Below, piece after piece: positions 54,501-64,000 of a DNA stretch of 64,000 nucleotides. Within the stretch, counting starts at the first letter, position 1; every line of letters begins with the position of its first letter. The notes under the pieces are model-generated. The model saw only the letters and a list, made by a program, of their open reading frames with translations. It made no database searches and was not told the origin of the DNA. A program made the translations under genes and the position numbers. Source of the stretch: Geosiphon pyriformis uo1 (Eukaryota > Fungi > Glomeromycota). Where the stretch lies: positions 380,868-444,867 of the forward strand of contig JAAOMT010000697.1 of the NCBI GenBank assembly GCA_016748015.1, written 5' to 3'.

Positions 54501-57484
54501 AATTTCCAAAATGCTACTAACCATAAACAGACCAAAGCTTTTCTATGATATTGTCGGTAATACTGCAATCGGGCTCAATCATCATGGTACTCAGCAGTAA
54601 ATCAAGGGATGTCAGCTCAGCCAAGGTTGCATTAAACGTCAGACTAAAAGTGAAGAAAAGCTATTAACTTGTAAGTTCATATTTGATTTTATCAAAAATT
54701 ATCAAGTTAACGAAATACCTGATCAAATTTTTAGTCACAATATCAACGTTCTCTTTTTCACTCAAAGACTCATCCCATGTAAAATACAATATTCTATATG
54801 ATTCAATGAGACGCTTGCGGATCCCTTTGCCTTCGTCGTTAGTATCTTTAGTCCAAATTAGATGAACCATCTTTTTTATTCCTTCACTTGCCATTTCAAT
54901 TTTATAAGCGTGAGCGGTGACAAAAAAGTCGATAGCTTCCATGACCTCGGCCTTGATAGTTGAAGCAAGGAGTCGACAGAGTGTTGGAATGGCGGTGTGA
55001 ATTTGATGAATAAACCGAACTGCATCAGCATGGAAACGTTTAGTCAGTTGTAGCTCTTTAATCTTATCATTTGTTATAATCGGCGCTTGTTCTGTATCCC
55101 CAGTTTTATTCTCTTGATTTGGTGGAATTTGTTCATCATGGTCGGACTCATGGATTTCATTGAGTGATTGCAAATCGTCCATAGGATCCACATCATCCAT
55201 AGGATCGAAATCATCCAAATCCAAATCATCCATAGGATCCAAATCATCACTAACTAATTTGTTCGTGTTGCGTAAAATCTCGTGTTGTTGCCCTTCAACC
55301 CTTTCTTGGATGATCTTAAAATGAATAAGTACGCCAATTTATAAATATTTATTTTCTATTTGGGGGCTATAATATAGCGCAAATCATTAATAACAAAACC
55401 ACCTTAAATTCCTCCTCAACTTTTCCCAACCGTTCCTCCCACTCCAAAACTGAAAGTTCCCCGCCGTACATAATTCCATAAGGATGAGTGGCGATCAACT
55501 TGGTAAGAAGTTTAATAGCGTTTTTTCGCACATTGAAACTTTTATCTTCCAATGACCTAATTACCAAATCAGTAAGCCTTTGCCGGCGTCTTGGAAACTT
55601 GGTATTTAGGCTTAAAATATATGAATAACATGGGTTGAGAACAATTCAAGCTGCCGAGTGGGATAAATTTAATTTGATGGTGTTTCATGAACTTACTCGC
55701 ATAACTTGAAAAATACTTGTAAAACTTTTGAACGGCAAAATGCGTTAATATCCAGGAATCGTTCTTCGAGAATATCAAAGAAACTATCAGTCTGATTTAT
55801 TTGAATTTCTGTTTTTTCTTCCAGGTTAGCTATGTAGGTTATTAGATATCCAATAACCTCAATGATTCCACAACGCATTGTGTAAGACTTGAAATTATGA
55901 AAAGGGTGTCTAATTAGGATGGAAATAACAAAGTAAAGCATGAAGTTTCTCTTTTATTTTTTTACCTCGCTGTCTAAGTGTTTAATCAAAAGCCCGATCT
56001 GTTTCACCACTAGTTTAGGCACCAGCTCTGAAAGCTTCAATAAGAATTTCGAAAATGATTTTGGACCAGTAATGTCTTGCGCCTTAAAGTCTTTATTACT
56101 TATTTCTCTAAATGAAATAAAAAATTGAGTTTATGATGCGATCACATATCTTATTGCGATTAAACAAATAAGAATGTCCTAGTGGCAATTTGTCAACTTA
56201 CATGAGAATTTCTTCGCAAAGCTGTGTATGATTATATTTATCCTCAAGAACCTGTAAGAACTCTGCCATGGGCTCCGAAAGATGTTCATAGTATTGCAAA
56301 TTTTGAATGATAGTGGTTTGCGCCCCTATTTATTTTAAAATTTTTCAATTAAGATTTCATTCATTTATTACACTATAAGGAATTTTTAAATTACCGAAAG
56401 CATGATTGTAGTCCTTGACACATTTTGACAAAATGTTGTATAAACGGAATTTGACGTTTGCGAGTTTGGTATTAGCAGTATTTTCCAGCATTTGATATGT
56501 TGGCTTTGTAAAAACACTATATAAGGGATATTGAATGAGCAGATTTGATGCCTTAGTTACTTTAAAATGAATCGAAAAAATACCTAACAAAAGTATCCCG
56601 TTCATGAGTAGAAGTCCAGATTTTATTGATTCTCATATCCAAGACTTTCAACATCAGGTCTAATGCTGAAATTTGTTGAGCAGACCAATCCCAGTCTTCG
56701 GTGTCAGCTGCAGAACTCGACGGTTTTGAACGCTATTCGAGTAAACGATGAGCAAATTTCCAACATATATTCTTAAAATCAAATCAGAAACTATATGTCA
56801 CATACTTTTCCCCTTCCACCACCAATATTTCTTGTCGGTGCAGGCGCCGTGTTCGATGAAACAGCACTTTTAGATGTGGCTTTAGTCTCTGCCATACTGA
56901 TGACCCATTCTAGCAAGAAGGCATACATCTCAAGAGCATGCCTATGGTGATCCAAGAATGTTTCTTCTTCATCAGGATCCAGATCTCGGGAAGTAGCTTC
57001 TACTTCAGATTGAAAACCTTTTGATAGAAAAAAAGTTAGATTGATATTTTAAAAAAATAGTATCGAAAAAAATTCTTACCCGATATAATTGTATCAAAAA
57101 TCCGGTTCAGCACGGAAGGCTTTACACGGTTAAAATTTCTATTAAACCAAAAATTCAGCTAGTAAACAAATTTTTGGTCAATAAAATTTAATATGTAAAA
57201 TTTACTTTATAAATGAACACAAGGCATCAAAAAGTTCTGGTTCTGTGATGGCCTGTGAAGATATTGCAAGTCTTTCAACTATATCTTATTTCCACAAATT
57301 CATAAAGATAATTGTAAACTTCATTGACTGAGTGAAAACTTCAGCTGCGAAAACTTGGCGAACCATTAAGCAATCTTTCAAGTTGTCGTTCATCCAAAAG
57401 AGGAATCTGGATTTCATTGTTAATGAAATAATTTTCCTCTTGTACTTTTAGCAATTCTTCGTGAAGTATAAAGGATTCCGACAT
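51565..57484 (-). CDS. YCS4: Condensin complex subunit 1 (Ycs4/Cnd1/NCAPD2), more than 20 exons
   Basis: LEERFLDINAFCRSKVLQ, VRKNAIKLL, GIKKMVHLIW, LSQLLFIAGHVAIKQ, IRSNIIIALGDM, LTHLILNGMIKVKGQ, YNNLPDIVS. Confidence 0.95.
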
Positions 57485-57800
57485 TTTTTTAATTATAAAA
57501 GTTTGTTTCTTTGTTAATGGCTACTTTTTGAAGTGGGTTAAAGCGGGTCGAAAAACTCTAACTTGCTATGAATTCGATATTTAATAAAAGATAAACACAT
57601 TGGAACAGTAGAACGCGTTTAATTCATTAGACGTGAATATATAGAGTGAAAGCTTTTTATCAGTAATCGGCATATTATAAAATTATCCAATCAACCAATC
57701 ACCGCTATGTTGTCTCGCAATTTATTTTTTTCATAACCAAAACCTTGAAATTAGCCGTAGATACAAAAAGGAAAGCAAATCTCTTTTTATTGGGAAGAAA

Positions 57801-58163
57801 ATGGCCTATTCGGTCGCCTGTAATTCAAGGCTATTCGTTGAGCCACGAAACTGGTGTCGGCGCACAGATAACTTGATCAAGTTATCTGATGCTAAAGGCT
57901 ACTTTGCCAATACTAATACTGTTTTTAAATTTTCCAAATGTAATATCATCAGCAACTTCCACTGGATTGTCATCAAAACGAGACCAAGAGGTACAGGTGG
58001 GAAGTTGTGAAATGGTCTTTCTCAAGTATTGAGGTAATTTTTAGAAATTTTTGAGATGCGAACTTATACTTTAATATTTTTTTATATTATATAACAGGCC
58101 ACTGTAATTGATGAAACACTGGACACATTGGCCAAAGAAAGCCTAACTAGAAATAAAGAATGA
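57801..58163 (+). other. Possible small spliced ORF or transcript divergent from YCS4
   Basis: ATG 57801, acceptors at 57952 and 58097, TGA 58161-58163; no recognisable homology; splice model ambiguous. Confidence 0.25.
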
Positions 58164-58209
58164 ATTGTTGGTTCTGAAAAAGTAAATGTTCGTGAGTCAA
58201 TAAAAAATT

Positions 58210-61140
58210 GTAAGTGAAAAAAGAATCATTCTCATAATGAGTATTTAGTTTTTAATATTTTTATATATTTTAGCAAACTACAAGTTATTTTAATAAATTA
58301 TTGAACTTTTAAATATTTCATTGAATTTTTAAATGTTATATAGTTTGAAATATTGCATAATCTGATTATTATATTTAGTTATACTTGTATATTATACAAA
58401 TTAAGTTATTAATTAAATGATAATATTTAATAATTTAAATAAATAAAAAGTAATAAAATAAAAACAATATTATATGTTAATTAATAATAAGAATTATAAA
58501 ATTTTATTCTAATTAATAATTTTTAATAATGTTTTTTTTTTAAACCAGAATAAGTTTTCTTATTACTTTTTTTTTTGGTTATGTTTTTAATAAAAATGTT
58601 TACTAAATTCAATTTTATAAACAAAAATTTATTAAAAAAATAGTTCAAAAAAAACATTAAGTAAATAAAAAAGCATTAAAATAATTTTTTAATCACTTTT
58701 TATTTTCTTTATGATTTAAAGATTAATAAATACACAAATATAATAATTTAAATAATAAAAATTAAATTTTATAAAATATTTTTACTTATTAAATAACAAA
58801 AATACATGTAAAAATTATATTTAATAATAAAAATTTTGTATTAATATAATTAAATATTATATAAATAATAAAACAACAAATTAATAAACTTAATATAATA
58901 TAAAATTTAACAAAACTAATAATATTAACTATTAAAATATTTATTTATAATTATATATATTATTATTAAAAGTTTTTGTTATTTTTTTTTAATATTATTA
59001 ATATTAATATTATTGTTAATTATATTATTAATACTTATTTTATTCAAAGTTTTACCAAAAACAAATATCTTATTTTAAACAATTTTATCAAAACAACCAA
59101 AATACCAATAAACTTTATAATAAATTTAATTAACAAAACTAATACAATCAGTTTAAACTTCAAAAAAGTCAAATAAAAACCAATTATAAGATTAATAACA
59201 ATAAAAAAAGCAGTCAAAAAAACAATAACAAAAAAAACCAACAATATAGAAATTTTAATATAAAATTTTATATTAATATAATAAGATTCAAAAATCTTAA
59301 AAACATTTTATAATTTATAATTAAATAATTTGTATTTTAATACTTAAAACAATATTAACATTTTAAAAATATTTATCAAATACAATATTTTTAATATATT
59401 AATTTTAATAATAATAACTTTTAAATTAAAAAAGTAAAAATTTTAATATTATTCTTGTTTACTAAAATTAATTAATATACTAAAATAGTTATAGTTATAT
59501 TAAAGAACTTAAAATACATAATAATATATTGTTAAATACTAGTAAATTTTAATATAATTTTAAAAACGTTATTAAAGATACTTAAAATTGGTTTAATTAA
59601 AAACATATTTATAAACATATTATAAAGAACAATAATAGCAAAAAAAAAAGAAAACTTAAAAATTATTATAGATTTGACAATTTTAAGAGTAAAAACCGAA
59701 TTAACAAGTTTAGTCTAAAATACAATATTTAAAAAAACTTGAAAACCAAATTTTATATTATTTTTAAATACAAATTTAGCATTAATAAATTTATGTATAA
59801 ATTAAAAAAAGCATTAAATATTAAAGTAAAAACTATTTAATTAATTTAATTTTTATAAATAAATAATTTAATGATTTAATTAGATAAAAATACATGTAAA
59901 AAAATGTTTTGTTTAATTTTCAAAACCAGTAAAAATTGGTTAAAAATTGATATATTAAGAAATATAATTAAAAATTAATTTAAATTAAGATTAATCAATT
60001 TGTTTTTATTGTTATTGTTTCAAACAAAAAATTTTTTTTATTACTTTAAGTAATAAAAAGTTGCAATTTTTTTTTCTTGCTTTGATTATAATTATAAAAT
60101 AAAATAAAAAAACATATTAAAAGTTTTTAAATAATAAAATTTTACAACAATATATAAAAAATTTTATATTAATTTTTTTTAATTACACAATTTTTAAAAT
60201 TAGCAAGTTAATTTTTAAATTTATAATTAGACTTGTTTTATTTTTCATTTTTTTTAATGTTTAAAATATGTAATTATTATTTTTAATTTTTATAAAAATA
60301 TTAAAACCATAATTAAAAAACTAATATTTTAAAAAATATTGTATTTAATAAAAAATTCTATTTATTAATGCTGTTTTAAATATTAAAATTCAGATTATTT
60401 GATTATAAATTGTAAGATATTTTAATTTTTTTTAAATTAATATTTAAATTTATAAATAATTTTAAGATTTTTGAATCTTATTTTTTTAATGTTAAATTTT
60501 ATGTTAAAACTTTTATTTTATTGGTTTTTTTATTATAATGTTTTGTTTATTATTGTTATTATAAATTTTTTAATTAATCTTAAATTGATTTTTTTAAAAT
60601 TTAAATTAATTATATTAGTTTTATTAATTAAACTTATTAATACTTTAATTACTTTGGTTATTAGGTTATTTAATATTTTTTTAATTTGTATATTAAAATA
60701 AAAAATAATTATATTAAAATTTAAAAATTAATTACCACTTTTAATAATAAAATATATAAGTTATATAAAAAGTATAATATATTAAAAATTAAAATTAATA
60801 TTATATTTGAAATTTTTTAATAATATAATTAATAAAAATACTTTTGTTCAAATAATAATTTTATAAAAGTTTTAAAACTTTAATATTAAGCTTAATAAAC
60901 AAAATATTATTAAATAAATAAGTAAAATATTTAATAATAATTATATTTAAATTATTTTTATATATAAAATATTTGTTTAAAATAAGTTTTTATCTTTAAA
61001 TTCAATTTAATTTAGTTTTAATTGACTTAAATAGCTAATTATATGTAAAAAGTACATAAATTATAATTATTTTAAGATTTTTAAATTTTATGTTATAGTT
61101 AATAAAATTTTTTTTTCTATTTAAAAAGTAAAGTCCAAAT
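58210..61140. repeat. Extremely AT-rich relic block with an LTR remnant (58270-58530) and inverted copies (about 59060-59410 and 60320-60690)
   Basis: 58270-58500 aligns with 39220-39480; the spurious ORFs at 59044(-) and 60471(+) share FLKFKLIxLVLLIK because they are inverted repeats. Confidence 0.7.
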
Positions 61141-61990
61141 ATAATTAATAATTGAATTATATTTTGTTAAAACATAATAAAAAAAACTTTGTTAATAATA
61201 AACTTACTTAGATTATAAACTTAATTTTTAACTTAAAAAAAAATATTATAATTATACATAATAAATACTATTATTATATAAATAATAGTCAAAAAATGAT
61301 ATAAATATAAAAAATGTTTTTAACTAAAACATATCAATAAATAAATAAATCATAATGTTAAACTTTTTTATTTATGTTATAAACTATTATAATTAATTAA
61401 AAAAAATGTCATATTTACATATTTAATATTAAAAAACAAATAGTTATAATTAATCAATAATATTTGAAGTTTTGTATTTTAAATACATTGTATTTTTTGT
61501 TTTGATCAATTAATTAATGACAAAAAATTGTTAATAGCATTAAATATAGTTTATAACAACAACTGAACAAAAAATTGTTCAAAAAATATTTTTTAATGAA
61601 GCCAAAAAGCATTAAACAAATTTTTTTAAAGTGAGAGCTATAAAAAGAAGAATTAAAATTATGATGTAAAAAGTGTACAAAAGAAGAGAAATATTCAGAA
61701 AAACATAATTGTTGTATAAGAATGGTAGCACTGCAATTCGACTTTGCAAATCAAAAGTCAGTGCTAGAGGAAACAGTGGAAAAAATGGGCATATTGTTGA
61801 AAAATATCCAAAGTTTTATTGCGAGTGCAATTTGATAAAAAGATAGTAGAAATATGCTAAATGGAAAACATGTAAAAGCCGCAACTATGCATATACACAA
61901 ATTTGCCTGTAAATCATGGTGATATATGAACGCATTTAACAAAGGCGGAATAGGCAATGACTTCCAGATAACATAGATGAGTAAATAGAA
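61140..61990 (+). mobile_element. Decayed Tc1/IS630-like DDE transposase
   Basis: FVFDQ (about 61500), KPKSIKQI, CKKC..NCC, DFANQKSVLEE, GHIVEKYPKFYCECNLI, IHKFACKSW*YMNAFNKG match the fungal DDE_3-like pattern as recalled (FDxS..PKG..YPKFHCELNFIE..RKSWRYMDAY). Confidence 0.75.
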
Positions 61991-62117
61991 CAAGATTAGA
62001 TGGTTTTTTCTTATTCCCCACAATCATTTTCGTAGATAAAATCACATGATATATTGTGATTTTAATTGGTAAATTAGTCGTGAGAAACCTAACAACGACC
62101 ATAGTTAAATATTAAAA

Positions 62118-64000
62118 ATGACTAAAAAAAACTTTCAAGAGAAATATGAATTAATTACGAGGAATTTACAAGAAGTTTTGGGGGGAGAAGAGATACTTGA
62201 GATACTTAAGGAACGAGATTTGAAGCTTTACTGGGGGACTGCACCAACGGGAAGGCCACACATTGGTTACTTTGTTCCAATGTCGAAAATTGCAGACTTT
62301 CTTTTGGCTGGAGTTGAAGTAAGTCCTTTTCAAGAAACTTCTAGCAAGAAGCTTTATACATAAAAGATGTTTTGTATAAATAGCCTCTTTGTCTATTCTT
62401 TTGCTCTACCAAGTTTGCTTGTTCATTCTGTTAATCCTTAGTATGAATTTATTGGTTTATTATAAATAGGTAACGATTCTTTTAGCCGATATTCATGCTT
62501 TTCTTGATAATATGAAGGCACCGCTTCAATTGGTTAAATATCGCACCAAATACTATGAGGAGCTTATTAAAGCTCTTTTGGAATCGATCGGTGTACCAAT
62601 TGAAAAGTTAAAGTTTGTGGTAGGATCGACGTATCAACTTTCAGAGAAGTATAATATGGATCAGTACCGTCTTTGCGCCATCGTTACTGAACATGATGCC
62701 AAAAAGGCAGGCGCTGAAGTAGTTAAACAAGTTGAATCGCCTCTGCTTTCTGGATTACTTTATCCCGGGTTGCAAGCTCTCGATGAAGAATATCTGGGTG
62801 TCGATGCTCAATTTGGTGGTGTTGATCAAAGAAAAATCTTTGTATATGCTGAAAAATATTTGCCACATCTTGGCTATAAAAAGCGAGCACATTTAATGAA
62901 CCCGATGGTACCAGGTCTACAAGGGTCAAAAATGTCTTCATCTGATGTGGATTCAAAAATTGATTTACTTGATGATGAGGGGGCTGTCTCTAGGAAACTA
63001 AAAAAAGCTTTTTGTGAAGAGGGGAACATTGTAGAGAATGGAGTTTTATCTTTTGTTAATTCAGTTTTGTTTCCACTTGGTTCTATGAATGATCAAACTC
63101 CAAATTTTGTGATCAAACGACCAGAAAAATATGGTGGTGATGTGACCTATACTGACTTTAAGTCTTTGGAAAACGATTTCCGTGACAAAAAAGTTCATCC
63201 AGGTGATTTAAAAGCTTCAGTAGCAGAGTCCATAAATAAATTGTTGAATCCCATTCGCAAGAAATGGGAAGATAACCCCGAATTCGTTAAGATGACCGAA
63301 CAGGCGTACCCGCAACCAGCAGCAAAAATTGTAAAGAAAAAAGAACCAAAAAAACAGAGTTCTTCAACTTTAGCTGAAAGCAGCACTGCTGAGAAGCCCG
63401 TAGACGTTTCCAGATTAGGTTTATAATAATTCTTTCTTTTTTATTTATTCAAATTTATAAAACCAATCCGTCATTTCCTCAATCTGACTCTAATCTTTTA
63501 TCCACTAATTTTATGAATATACTTCCTTTTCTTTTGAATAGACGTTCGGGTTGCAAAAATTATAAAAGCAGAAATTCATCCCCAAAACCCAAAGTCTTAT
63601 GTTTCCACAGTGGATGTTGGTGATGAATCTGGCATCCCACGTACAGTGGTCTCGGGTTTAGCGACTTTTATTCCTTTTGAAAAAATGCAAGGACGACAAG
63701 TACTTGCTGTTTGCAATCTAAAGTCTGCTAAATTCCAAGGTATCGAGTCTCAGGCAATGCTTTTGGCTACCTCATCCACGGATGGTACCCAAATTGAATT
63801 ATTAGATCCCCCTCCAAATTCAGAAATTGGTGAAGCAATCTTTTGGGAAGGGTATCCATCCGTGGTGAAAGGTGGCGAGATATTAAACCCAAAGCAAAAA
63901 ATTTTCGAAAAAATCGCCGAAGGGTTTCGTATCAATGATGAAGGTGTTGCTGTTTATAACGATCTTCCATTTCGTGTGAAAAATGGAGTTGTAAGCGCTA
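62118..64000 (+). CDS. TYS1: Cytoplasmic tyrosyl-tRNA synthetase with C-terminal EMAP-II-like tRNA-binding domain; runs off the window
   Basis: [45 protein letters not shown]; after intron 63419-63541 [27 protein letters not shown]. Confidence 0.97.

Noticed and set aside
57841-57900. Hammerhead or HDV-like ribozyme
   Set aside because: CTGATGC instead of CTGATGA, and no HDV L3/P1.1 sequence.
58976-60701. Hydrophobic F/I/L/K/N ORFs as membrane proteins
   Set aside because: Compositional artefacts of AT-converted repeats.
61726-61872. H/ACA snoRNA-like hairpins
   Set aside because: The region translates as transposase and the first hairpin has no two-sided pocket.

Overview
Eukaryotic, intron-rich fungal DNA. 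The gene set and transposon proteins suggest an early-diverging Mucoromycota/Glomeromycotina-type genome; this taxonomic call is inference. Islands of conserved genes alternate with sharply bounded blocks of dead transposons. Genes: 3' part of ELP2, a head-to-head proteasome beta5/beta6 pair (PRE2/PRE7), an MTC2-like AAA-lid protein, GFA1, NUP188, a SOCS-box/zinc-finger orphan, a low-complexity orphan, MPDU1, condensin YCS4/CND1, and tyrosyl-tRNA synthetase with a C-terminal EMAP-II-like domain. Transposons: a near full-length RNase H-bearing LINE, a 17-kb nest of LINE and Ty3/Gypsy elements and solo LTRs (4-bp TSDs, shared PBS, dUTPase relic), and a Tc1/IS630-like transposase relic. Two signals stand out. 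(1) Repeats, but not genes, show C-to-T/G-to-A hypermutation on both strands in CpA, CpT and CpC contexts as well as loss of CpG, and it fades within one element towards a promoter; this is a RIP-like genome-defence signature. (2) An unassigned GC-rich, highly structured RNA candidate lies just downstream of GFA1. Exon boundaries and repeat alignments were read by eye, and relic boundaries are approximate.
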